This document shows, in pieces, positions 1-8,275 of a stretch of 26,594 nt of DNA. The notes under the pieces are model-generated. The model saw only the letters and a program-made list of their open reading frames with translations, ran no database searches and was not told the DNA's origin. Source of the stretch: Coleofasciculus chthonoplastes F2-STO-03 (lineage in GTDB: Bacteria > Cyanobacteriota > Cyanobacteriia > Cyanobacteriales > Coleofasciculaceae); the NCBI GenBank assembly GCA_040222015.1, contig JAVJWO010000050.1, positions 1-26,594 of the forward strand, given 5' to 3'. Numbering within the stretch: position 1 is the stretch's first letter; each line of letters begins with the position of its first letter. Made by a program: the position numbers and the translations under genes.

Positions 1-1044
1 GTCAAAATGCAGATCGCCTTCGGAGAGCCCACCGAAATACAGGTCAACGTCCGTTTCACTGACCCCCTCCAAGGTATCGGGCCGCCATGACGGAGACTGA
101 TCCTTGTCGATCAGGACCGCACGGATGCCTTCGTAGAAATCATGGCCGGCCATGAAATGCTGGCTCATCCGGAATTCCAGCTTCAGGCATGCGTCGAGGT
201 CGAGGTTGCGCGTCCGCTTGAGCTGCTCCAGCGTGACCTTGCAACTGGTTGGCGACATCTTGGACAGGGTTTCCGCAAACGCCTTCGCCCGGTCTCCGCC
301 GTCACGGATAAGCGTCTCGAGGATGGCCTCGACGCTCGGTGCGCCGAAGGTTGCCTTGATGATACTCAGATCGGCCATCAGGGTGGTTACCGGTGCCGAC
401 GTTCCGAAGCGGTCGAGGGTCTCGCGGACCGGAACCTCGGCTTCCACCAGCGCCGTCTTCAGCGCCTCCAGACTGTCGCTGGGTACGAAATGCGTAGCGA
501 GGCCCAGGTGCAACAGATCGTCGGCACCGAGCCGGCGGCCGGTCAGGGCGAGATGGGCAGCCATCGCCGGATCCAGCCGGTTCAGCACATGGCTGGCGCC
601 GACATCCGGAAAGAATCCGATCGCGGTCTCCGGCATCGCCCAAAGAGTGCGTTCGGTGGCGACCTGAAAGCTGCCATGGGCCGACAACCCGACTCCGCCC
701 CCCATGGTGATGCCGTCCATCAACGCGACATAGGGCTTTCCCAATGTGCCGATCAATCGATTGAGGCGGTATTCGTGCCAGAAGAACTGACGGGTCAGGC
801 TGCGGTCCTGAGCACGGCCGGCCTGCGCCACCGCACGCACATCGCCGCCGGCGCAGAAGGCCCTTTCCCCCGCGCCTTCGATGACGACACACGCGATCTC
901 GGAATCGTCCCTCCACGCAACGAGTTGAGGGTGGATCAGTTCGATCATTTCCAGGGTCAACGCGTTGAGGGCGCGCTCATTGCGGAGTGTGATCAGGCCG
1001 CACGTGCCCAGACGCTGGAAAGTGACCGGGTTATTTTCACTCAT
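1..1044 (-). CDS. Enoyl-CoA hydratase/isomerase family protein (3-hydroxyisobutyryl-CoA hydrolase-like); stop codon lies beyond the left edge
   Basis: Manual translation from ATG at 1044: MSENNPVTFQRLG...RALNALTLEMI...AFCAGGDVR...GKPYVALMDGITMGGGVGLS...AMPETAIGFFPDVG...DFYEGIRAVLIDKDQSPSW...GDLHFD. These are crotonase/HIBCH motifs. Absent from the ORF track because no stop falls inside the window. Confidence 0.92.
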   Translation of the reverse strand, partial: MSENNPVTFQRLGTCGLITLRNERALNALTLEMIELIHPQLVAWRDDSEIACVVIEGAGERAFCAGGDVRAVAQAGRAQDRSLTRQFFWHEYRLNRLIGTLGKPYVALMDGITMGGGVGLSAHGSFQVATERTLWAMPETAIGFFPDVGASHVLNRLDPAMAAHLALTGRRLGADDLLHLGLATHFVPSDSLEALKTALVEAEVPVRETLDRFGTSAPVTTLMADLSIIKATFGAPSVEAILETLIRDGGDRAKAFAETLSKMSPTSCKVTLEQLKRTRNLDLDACLKLEFRMSQHFMAGHDFYEGIRAVLIDKDQSPSWRPDTLEGVSETDVDLYFGGLSEGDLHFD

Positions 1045-1248
1045 GGATCCTCGCTCGCGGTCCGAAAAGGGAATTGACGCCGCACTGTAGCGCAGCACAC
1101 CGCAATCACCAGTGTAAGGGAGCGGACATCCGGCTCAGCGTGCGGCCCTCATATCGGTACTTCCGCTGCCCCGAGTGAGCCGGCAGGCTCTGCCGCAGAT
1201 GCCCCAAACCGCACCCATATAAAGAGATCATTATGTATGCAAATAGCA

Positions 1249-1277
1249 TTGACAGCAGCAGCCACAGTGCCTAGTTC
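1249..1277 (+). promoter_or_regulatory. Putative sigma70 promoter for the metY leader
   Basis: Perfect TTGACA at 1249-1254 and a CTAGTTC -10-like element at 1271-1277, which puts the predicted start just before the first riboswitch. Confidence 0.6.
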
Positions 1278-1283
1278 ATGTGT

Positions 1284-1338
1284 CAGCGCCGATTTGAGCC
1301 ACAGCTTGCGGGCGCTTGAGAAATGCAGCTAAAGCGGG
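1284..1338 (+). promoter_or_regulatory. SAM-II (SAM-alpha) riboswitch aptamer 1
   Basis: P1 AGCGCC(1285-1290)/GGCGCT(1311-1316), loop GATTTGAG...AGCTTGC, 3' tail AAATGCAGCTAAAGCGGG. This fits the SAM-II H-type pseudoknot core (AUUU..UUGC..GCUAAA) and lies upstream of a methionine biosynthesis gene. Confidence 0.9.
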
Positions 1339-1361
1339 AGCACGAACAGGCTATCTGATGT

Positions 1362-1398
1362 GCCGCCCAGCTTCCCCCCGCTGCGGCGGCTTTTTTTT
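1362..1398 (+). terminator. Intrinsic terminator (attenuator) in the metY leader
   Basis: Stem GCCGCC-CAGC (1362-1371) / GCTG-c-GGCGGC (1380-1390), followed by T8 (1391-1398). Confidence 0.88.
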
Positions 1399-1457
1399 GT
1401 GCCCGCAAGCGATACGAGAGCCGATCTGCGCCGGTTTGATCCAGCCCACGCCGGATC

Positions 1458-1510
1458 CGCGGCCATTTGAGGGGTAGCTTGCTCCGCGTCATCAACAGCT
1501 AAAGCACTCC
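1458..1510 (+). promoter_or_regulatory. Second SAM-II-like riboswitch aptamer, probably controlling translation
   Basis: P1 CGCGG(1458-1462)/CCGCG(1484-1488). Same core words as aptamer 1: ATTTGAG (1465-1471), AGCTTGC (1476-1482), AGCTAAAGC (1497-1505). Pseudoknot extension GGGGT(1471-1475)/ACTCC(1506-1510). Confidence 0.75.
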
Positions 1511-1561
1511 CGGCAACGGGCCCCCTCGCAGGTTTCAACCGGGCAGCAGGAGGCCCCGAAT

Positions 1562-2896
1562 ATGACCGACCAGACGCAACACCCGCAAAAGCCGCATCCC
1601 GAAACCCTTGTGCTGCATGCCGGACACCGCAGCGACCCGAGCACCGGCTCGGTCGCAGTTCCGATCCACCAGACAACATCCTACCAGTTCGAGAACACCG
1701 AGCACGCCGCCAACCTTTTCTCGCTCAACGAGCTCGGCAACATCTACACCCGGATCATGAACCCGACGACCGCCGTGCTCGAGGAACGCGTCGCCGCGTT
1801 GGAGGGCGGCGCGGCGGCCCTGGCCGTCAGTTCCGGCCAGGCCGCAACCGCGATTGCGGTGCAGAATATCGCGCGCGCCGGCGACAACATCGTCAGTTCC
1901 ACCGATCTGTATGGCGGAACCTGGAACCTGTTCGCCAATACCCTCAACACATTGGGGATCGAGGTCCGTTTCGTCGATCCCGCCGACCCGGAAGCGTTCC
2001 GCGCCGCAACCGATGACAGAACACGCGCCTATTACGGCGAATCGTTGCCCAACCCCAAGCTGCGGGTCTTCCCGATCGGCGAAGTCGCCACAATCGGCCG
2101 GCAGCTTGGCATCCCGCTGATCATCGACAACACGGCGGCCCCGATCATCTGCCGTCCGCTCGACCACGGCGCCGCCATCGTGGTCCATTCCACGACCAAG
2201 TATATCGGCGGCCACGGCACCGCGATCGGCGGCATTGTCGTCGATGGCGGCACCTTCGACTGGACCGCCCATGCCGAGCGCTTCCCGTTGCTCAATGAGC
2301 CCGACCCCAGTTATCACGGCGCGATCTGGACCGAAGCGGCAGCCCCGCTGGGTCCGATCGCATATATCCTGAAGGCACGGGTCACGCTGCAACGCGATCT
2401 GGGTTATGCGCTGAGCCCGTTCAACGCATTCCAATTGATCCAGGGCCTGGAAACCCTGCCGCTTCGCATCCGCGAGCATTGTCGAAATGCTGCTGCCGTT
2501 GCCGATTATCTGAACCACCACCCCGCCGTTGACCGCGTGATCTATCCCGGGCTGCCGGACGACGGCGAAGCCCGGCGACGCGCCGAGACCTATCTGGATG
2601 GTGGCCATGGCGGTCTGGTCGGCTTTGAACTGCGCGGCGGCAAGGAGGCCGGCCAGCGCTTCATCGACGCCCTACGATTGTTCTATCACGTCGCCAATAT
2701 CGGCGATGCACGATCGCTGGCGATCCACCCGGCAAGCACGACCCACTCCCAATTGTCTCCGGAGGAGCAACAGTCAGCCGGCGTGTCCGACGGTTACGTG
2801 CGGCTTTCGATCGGCATAGAGCACATCGACGACATCCTCGGCGACCTCGCACAAGCGCTCACGGCGGCAATCGACACCGGCCGGGCTGCAGCCTGA
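1562..2896 (+). CDS. metY: O-acetylhomoserine aminocarboxypropyltransferase (sulfhydrylase), PLP-dependent
   Basis: Motifs PIHQTTSY, GNIYTRIMNPT, SSGQAA, HSTTKYIGGHG (PLP lysine), VANIGDARSLAIHPASTTHSQL, VRLSIGIE. SD AGGAGG at 1548-1553. SAM riboswitch leader. Confidence 0.96.
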   Translation: MTDQTQHPQKPHPETLVLHAGHRSDPSTGSVAVPIHQTTSYQFENTEHAANLFSLNELGNIYTRIMNPTTAVLEERVAALEGGAAALAVSSGQAATAIAVQNIARAGDNIVSSTDLYGGTWNLFANTLNTLGIEVRFVDPADPEAFRAATDDRTRAYYGESLPNPKLRVFPIGEVATIGRQLGIPLIIDNTAAPIICRPLDHGAAIVVHSTTKYIGGHGTAIGGIVVDGGTFDWTAHAERFPLLNEPDPSYHGAIWTEAAAPLGPIAYILKARVTLQRDLGYALSPFNAFQLIQGLETLPLRIREHCRNAAAVADYLNHHPAVDRVIYPGLPDDGEARRRAETYLDGGHGGLVGFELRGGKEAGQRFIDALRLFYHVANIGDARSLAIHPASTTHSQLSPEEQQSAGVSDGYVRLSIGIEHIDDILGDLAQALTAAIDTGRAAA

Positions 2897-3128
2897 CCCC
2901 TGCACCGCGCCAAAGAGCTCCGAGGGAATACGCTTGCATTCAATGCATGGTCGAACTTGACCGTGTTGAGGACTCTAACTAGTTGATGAGATGAGACCCG
3001 AGCTCTACGGAGAAAACGCGACACGAGAGAAAAATCGTTTCGGATCAGCCCTTCCTTCTTTTGAGCTTCTCGCGAAACAATTGTTCTTGTGGATCGAATG
3101 ACTGTACAGATGTAGAGAATGTGACAGG

Positions 3129-3281
3129 TTACTGGATAGCAATTTTGTTGGTCAGCTTAGGGTTTGTGTTTTCGTTCACGTAGTTACAAGCGTCCGCAAA
3201 CGCCTGAAGAGTTGCCTCTAAGAAGGCAACTTGTTCAGGAGAAGGTTGGAGCTTTACAACTATTGTGAGAACTTGTTTCAT
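3129..3281 (-). mobile_element. tnpB: Truncated 5' end of an IS200/IS605-family tnpB gene (50 aa)
   Basis: Translates as MKQVLTIVVKLQPSPEQVAFLEATLQAFADACNYVNENTNPKLTNKIAIQ*, resembling cyanobacterial TnpB N-termini. Similarity stops abruptly at ~3131. Extended -10 (TG-n-TATAGT) 6 nt before the ATG, and a small GGGG/CCCC hairpin at 3346-3358. Confidence 0.75.
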
Positions 3282-3385
3282 GGCTAAACTATACCACCTC
3301 ATGGGATAGATAGATAGAAAGAAAGAGAGAGATTGAAAATACTTCGGGGATTGACCCCTCGCATTTTCCGCTATCCCCCTACCCC

Positions 3386-4345
3386 TTACTTCGTTGAAGG
3401 GGTAGCCCCTTGCGATTCGGGTGGCAAGGTTCGGCGTAGGGCAGTCTTTTGGGCAAAGTCTTTGCCTTCGGTGAGCAAATAATCGAGAAAGGTGCGAGCG
3501 ACAACGGAGAGTTGTTTGCCGTTGGGGTACACCGCATACCAGTATCGTTCAATCGGGAATTCTTCCACATCTAATATCGTCAGTTGGTTACAGATGCCCT
3601 CTAAGGCTAAGGTATGACGGGATAAAACCGAAATGCCTAACCCTCCCGCGATCGCTTGTTTAATGGCTTCATTGCTGCCTAAGTCAAGCTGCACTTTTAA
3701 CTCAATATCACGGGCGTCGAAGAGTTCTTGCACCGCCTTGCGCGTTCCTGACCCCGGTTCTCTCATAATAAAGGGTTCCTCTGCCAAGCGCTCCATGGGA
3801 ATATTGGTTTCATTCACCAACGGATGATCCGCCGGGGCAATGACGACGAGGGGATTGTCAAGAATGGCTTCGTAGGTAATATCCAGATCCGGGAGTTGAC
3901 TCATTACATACAAGTCATCGGCATTGTCATTCAGACGACCCAGAATATATTCATGATTGGTCACCTGAAGCGACACATCGATTCCTGGATAACGCCGACA
4001 AAATGGACCGAGTAACCGGGGAATAAAATATTTGGCGGTTGTGATCACCGACACCCGCAAGCGTCCCTGTTTCAGACCTTGCAAATCAGCGATGGTCATC
4101 TCAAACTGGTCTAAATTCTCAAATATGGCACGGCAGGTCTTGACGAGTTCCTCTCCGGCTTGGGTAAGATAAAGACGTTTGCCTACTTGGTCAAATAAGG
4201 GAACACCAACCGCTCGGGTAAGCTGTTTCACCTGCATTGACACGGTGGGTTGGGTGAGAAATAGTTCTTCGGCTGCACGAGTAAAACTATTATGTCGAGC
4301 AACGGCTTCAAAGACTTTGAGCTGATGCAGCGTGGCTTGCTTCAA
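3386..4345 (-). CDS. cmpR: LysR-type regulator, CbbR subfamily (CmpR-like)
   Basis: HTH TLHQLKVFEAVARHNSFTRAAEELFLTQPTVSMQVKQL, ITTAKYFIPRLLGPFC, MREPGSGTR, LGSNEAIKQAIAGGLGISVLS. TTG start with SD GGAGGAG. Lies downstream of ccmO. CmpR versus NdhR is judged from motif recall and context. Confidence 0.8.
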   Translation of the reverse strand: MKQATLHQLKVFEAVARHNSFTRAAEELFLTQPTVSMQVKQLTRAVGVPLFDQVGKRLYLTQAGEELVKTCRAIFENLDQFEMTIADLQGLKQGRLRVSVITTAKYFIPRLLGPFCRRYPGIDVSLQVTNHEYILGRLNDNADDLYVMSQLPDLDITYEAILDNPLVVIAPADHPLVNETNIPMERLAEEPFIMREPGSGTRKAVQELFDARDIELKVQLDLGSNEAIKQAIAGGLGISVLSRHTLALEGICNQLTILDVEEFPIERYWYAVYPNGKQLSVVARTFLDYLLTEGKDFAQKTALRRTLPPESQGATPSTK

Positions 4346-4360
4346 CGATACTCCTCCTTG

Positions 4361-4398
4361 ATAGGAATAATTTATAGATTATAGTCTATGATTTCTAT
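4361..4398 (-). promoter_or_regulatory. CbbR-family LysR operator-like motifs (possible autoregulation)
   Basis: ATAG-N8-CTAT at 4374-4389 with overlapping ATAG/CTAT half-sites, directly upstream of the regulator's start. Confidence 0.55.
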
Positions 4399-4673
4399 CA
4401 GAACAATGTATTTTTTCTATGGTAACTCTGAGTTAAGATTTCAGATAACACCAAACAAGTGACAGTCTTCCTTCCAGCTCGCGTTGCCCCCTAACCAATT
4501 TGTATGTTCTGGAATAAGCGGTTTGGTTTTAGCCTGTACCTACAGGAAAGCTTAATCCGGTCATCGCTGGAATTGGGTGCAACGCCTTTTTTGTTAAAGG
4601 CAGGAGGCAGGAGGATTATTACATGAATTTACATGATTTTTTTGAGCTTTTAATTTTGTCTCCCCCAGCTTCC

Positions 4674-4697
4674 AGACGTAGCATGCTACGTCTCTAC
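4674..4697. repeat. REP-like perfect palindrome
   Basis: AGACGTAGCATGCTACGTCT (20-bp palindrome) plus CTAC tail, a GTAG-family REP type, between ccmO and cmpR. Confidence 0.7.
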
Positions 4698-4732
4698 ATG
4701 CTTCCTCAGCTCTGCTAATCGGCAATGTAATA

Positions 4733-5512
4733 TCAGAAGTCAATTTCCTTAGTCGGCGCGGGCAATTTATCTAAATCAGGGAGTTCGACTAATTCTTTCT
4801 CTGTTTCCTTGACCTCGACAGGTAATCTTAGGGGTTCAGGGGTTTCTTCCTCTTCAATGAAGTAACTTGCCAAGGGTAGGGCTTGTTCGAGATCCTCTAA
4901 CGGTCGAGTAATCACGGTAACAGCAACCAGTTCCCCAATCCGTTGTGCTTCTGCCATACCCACTTGCAGCGCCATGGCAACTTCTGCTACCCGACCCCGG
5001 ATAATAACTGTACATAAGCCCGCGCCAATGGTTTCGTAACCCGTCAGTTCCACATTTGCTGCTTTGAGCATAGCATCCGCTGCACCGACGATCGCGGGAA
5101 AGCCACGAGTTTCTAGAAGTCCGAGGGCTTGGGAACTATGGCGCGATCGCAGTTGCTGTTGCGCCTCTTCTAGCAAATGAGAACCCAGAGGTAAAACAAC
5201 CTCCAAGTTGGGAAACGGTCGAGGAATTACCAAGGAGGACAATAACCGACCTTCTCGTTTAGCATGTTCAACCCCAGCTTGCACCGCAATCCGCACTTCT
5301 GCTGTAGCGCCGCGCACAATTGCCGTACAGTGACCACTACCAATTTTTTCAAATCCTATCAATGTCACTCCAGACGCCTTGAGCATCGCATCAGCCGTAC
5401 TCACAATCACGGGAAAACTGAGCGTAGACACCAAACCCAAAGAGGAGTGACGAAAGCGATTCCGTTGAGTAGAGGGGGCGTGGGGGATAATTCCAGGGTT
5501 GTATGACTCCAT
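4733..5512 (-). CDS. ccmO: Carboxysome tandem BMC-domain shell protein CcmO
   Basis: Two BMC domains (LGLVSTLSFP..ADAMLKA; LGLLETRGFPA..ADAMLKAA), last gene of ccmKKLMN. Confidence 0.95.
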   Translation of the reverse strand: MESYNPGIIPHAPSTQRNRFRHSSLGLVSTLSFPVIVSTADAMLKASGVTLIGFEKIGSGHCTAIVRGATAEVRIAVQAGVEHAKREGRLLSSLVIPRPFPNLEVVLPLGSHLLEEAQQQLRSRHSSQALGLLETRGFPAIVGAADAMLKAANVELTGYETIGAGLCTVIIRGRVAEVAMALQVGMAEAQRIGELVAVTVITRPLEDLEQALPLASYFIEEEETPEPLRLPVEVKETEKELVELPDLDKLPAPTKEIDF

Positions 5513-5675
5513 AGCTCAGCTCTCCATGTCGTTGTTGGCAGTTAAGTGTTGCCTCTAATCCAGTCTAAGAAACCCAACACCTCAACGCTAACAACTTATC
5601 GGTATAACCTATCTCAGCGCTGATCTTAACACTACAGGAAGCGGCTAAATAACTCCCCTGCATCAGTAGCCAAAA

Positions 5676-6311
5676 TTATTGATGATAGGGAAATAGAGTT
5701 TTGAGAATCCGGTCTACACTCCCTTGCCCATAGACGGAGTTTTCCGCCGGGGAGGTGGCAGATTCAGGTTCCTCTTCCGCCGTAGACTCACTGGAACGTC
5801 TCTGGGAATCAACAGGTGGGTTGACATACTGCTGTTCTGGCTGTTCAGGAGATGGAGATGGAGGAGAGGCGATCGGCTTAGGTGCATGATTCACCGCTTC
5901 TGGGGGATTAGAGCTATCAACCGGAGGAGTCGCTGGTGCACAAACCTCGGCAACTTGACGCCCCACATCACCCACAACAGACCCCGCAGGCACAACGGTT
6001 AATCGCTCAATCGAAGCATTCCAAATCGTGGTCAGTGAACCGATACAAGCATTTGCCCCAATTGTCCCGTGACCCACGATCAATACACCTGTACCCAGAT
6101 TGACACCGGCTTCTATCTTTAACGTCCCTTGGTCAGCGTGCAGAATTGAACCTGCACCAATACAAACACCTGCCGCGATAATCATTTGACTCTCAGGATT
6201 AGCCCGCAAAATTACTCCCGATGAAATCACAGCACTCGGATCAATGGTTACATCACCTTGCACGTAGACATGAGAGTAACTGCTCAATGGTAGTGGCAGG
6301 GGCAAATGCAT
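5676..6311 (-). CDS. ccmN: Carboxysome assembly protein CcmN
   Basis: Hexapeptide beta-helix N-terminus, Pro/Ser-rich linker, C-terminal encapsulation peptide VYGQGSVDRILKTLFP. Confidence 0.95.
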   Translation of the reverse strand: MHLPLPLPLSSYSHVYVQGDVTIDPSAVISSGVILRANPESQMIIAAGVCIGAGSILHADQGTLKIEAGVNLGTGVLIVGHGTIGANACIGSLTTIWNASIERLTVVPAGSVVGDVGRQVAEVCAPATPPVDSSNPPEAVNHAPKPIASPPSPSPEQPEQQYVNPPVDSQRRSSESTAEEEPESATSPAENSVYGQGSVDRILKTLFPYHQ

Positions 6312-6565
6312 TTTATAGTTATAGACGTTATAAACGTGAAGATAATTAGGTTAATTGAATCAGAAGTCCCGCGATGTTGAAGTCAGTAATTTCGGATTAC
6401 CTCTGTGGGAAAGGAAAGGGATTGAGGATTAAAAATTGTCAAGTCTTTGTTGAGCAATTCCGGAGAAAGAATTGAGTTCTTGCTCTAACTCCATCACCAA
6501 TCCCCAATCAACGATCACCCTTTCCCTTACAGCGGACTTCTAACGGTTCCTGAGTTAAGGGTTGC

Positions 6566-8275
6566 TCAACTTGGCTTTTGAATCAGGGTTTCCAAGACAC
6601 GCCGCTTGGCTTTTGGATCAATGCCAATCAGACGAACATATTCCTCACTATGTTCAGCCATACAGCCTTCTAATCCCTCAATGACCTCAGAAACCTGATT
6701 TGATTCGATGGGAGTGCAGCTTTGCCAGGAACTGGTGCGGAAGCGGCGCTTGTCGGCATGTTCGGTACCAATTTTGTAGCCTTGAGCTAACAAACCCCGG
6801 ACTTGATCAATCGCCTCTTGGCTCAAAGACGTATCCGCAGGTGATACAGAATCCGCTTTTGATGGTGCGGATACCGTGCTGTAGCTGCTGCTGGTGCGCC
6901 GACCATTTGAGGAGACCGATGTCCCTGTTGTCAAGGCTTTACTATTAGGTCGTTGAATAATTTCTTGCAGCACCCGCCGTTTCGCATTGGGGTCAATCCC
7001 AATCAAGCGCACGTACTCGCCCTCATGGTCAACTAAACAGTCGGTAATCGCGTCCATCACATCCGATTCCCGATTGGATTGAATCGACATCGCGCTCTTC
7101 CAGGAACTGGTGCGGAAGCGCCGCTCATTGGCATATTCTAAGCCAATCCCATAACCTTCACCGAGCAGTCCCACCACCGTTTGCTGAAGATCAGACTCGA
7201 GTTGGGGTTGTGAATGGGAAACCTGACGGTTGTTGCTCGCCGCAGGTTGACTGTAACGATAACTCGAAGACGCTTTGGCTGGGGTAGACTTGGACGGTTG
7301 ATCACCGGGTCTTTGGATAATTTCTTCCATCACCCGCCGTTTGGCTTTCGGGTCAATCCCAATCAGGCGGACATATTCACCTTGATGGTCTTGCAAACAA
7401 TTGTTAAGAGCATCAAGTACCTCGGATTCTCGGTCTGAGTGAATCGCGATCGCACTCTTCCAAGAACTCGTCCGGAAGCGTCGCTCATCTGCATATTCGG
7501 CACCAATCCGATATCCTTGAGCTAATAGTTGACGAATTTGTTTCTGCAGGTCTGAATTTATGGCTGTAAATGAAGGCATGGAACTATAAGAATAAGAAGA
7601 ACGACGAGAAGTTTGATTTCCATTTTCCTGATCAGAGTCAGATTGTTGAAGCCTCTCCTTGCGGATTGGCGCAATACAAGCTTCATCCTCTGCACACTGA
7701 TACCCTGATCGCAATGCATCGTTGCAGGCGATCAGATTATGAGCAAACGTGAGATCCTCCTCTTGGACATCGGGCAATCTATCCGCTTGCTGCTGGTTAT
7801 TAATCACTGCTCCAGAGGGTACATATTTCCCCGGCGGAATTTCCACATCTTGCACCAAGGCGTGCATCATGATGATACAGCCATGACCGATGCGAGCATT
7901 AAACACGGTGGAGCGAAAGCCAATAAAGCAATCATCTCCAATGTAGGCAGGACCGTGAATCAGGCATAGATGAGTAATAGAGGTATTCTGACCAATCCAG
8001 ACGGAGTAAGCTTTTTGGTCATCCCCCATCACTCGCCCATCTTCTAAGCCATGAATCACCACTCCATCTTGAATATTCGAGCCAGCGGCAATATAAAACG
8101 GTCCACCTTCGTCTGCTCGAATGGAAGTCCCCGGAGAAATCAGGACATTTTCGGCGATTATGACATCTCCGATAATGTTAGAAAAGGAGTGGACGTAGGC
8201 ACTTTCGTGAATTTTGGGTTCCGCCAAACTTTTTGACCAAGGGGTCGGGGGTGCCGCGTAGCTACGAACTACCAT
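6566..8275 (-). CDS. ccmM: Carboxysome protein CcmM (gamma-carbonic anhydrase domain plus three RbcS-like SSUL domains)
   Basis: Start moved to [14 protein letters not shown] at 8275. Gamma-CA motifs [24 protein letters not shown]. Three E(Y/H)A(D/N)xRRFRTSSW...[10 protein letters not shown] repeats. Confidence 0.96.
   Translation of the reverse strand: MVVRSYAAPPTPWSKSLAEPKIHESAYVHSFSNIIGDVIIAENVLISPGTSIRADEGGPFYIAAGSNIQDGVVIHGLEDGRVMGDDQKAYSVWIGQNTSITHLCLIHGPAYIGDDCFIGFRSTVFNARIGHGCIIMMHALVQDVEIPPGKYVPSGAVINNQQQADRLPDVQEEDLTFAHNLIACNDALRSGYQCAEDEACIAPIRKERLQQSDSDQENGNQTSRRSSYSYSSMPSFTAINSDLQKQIRQLLAQGYRIGAEYADERRFRTSSWKSAIAIHSDRESEVLDALNNCLQDHQGEYVRLIGIDPKAKRRVMEEIIQRPGDQPSKSTPAKASSSYRYSQPAASNNRQVSHSQPQLESDLQQTVVGLLGEGYGIGLEYANERRFRTSSWKSAMSIQSNRESDVMDAITDCLVDHEGEYVRLIGIDPNAKRRVLQEIIQRPNSKALTTGTSVSSNGRRTSSSYSTVSAPSKADSVSPADTSLSQEAIDQVRGLLAQGYKIGTEHADKRRFRTSSWQSCTPIESNQVSEVIEGLEGCMAEHSEEYVRLIGIDPKAKRRVLETLIQKPS

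Noticed and set aside
142..1077. 311-aa plus-strand ORF and the other ORFs at 152-667 and 302-916
   Set aside because: Antisense or alternate-frame shadows of the minus-strand crotonase-family gene in GC-rich DNA.
1458..1510. Calling aptamer 2 a SAM-V riboswitch
   Set aside because: Its core is UUGC/GCUAA like aptamer 1, whereas I recall SAM-V as UUGU/ACUAA. Left as SAM-II-like pending a covariance-model search.
1283..2608. Minus-strand ORFs 1283-1495, 1329-1679 and 1535-2608
   Set aside because: They overlap the riboswitch leader or are antisense to metY and have no recognisable motifs.
1..3385. TnpB-mediated horizontal transfer of metY into a cyanobacterium, or a functional link between metY and the carboxysome
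   Set aside because: No transposon right end or intact element is visible; a break inside an IS is more simply a contig boundary.
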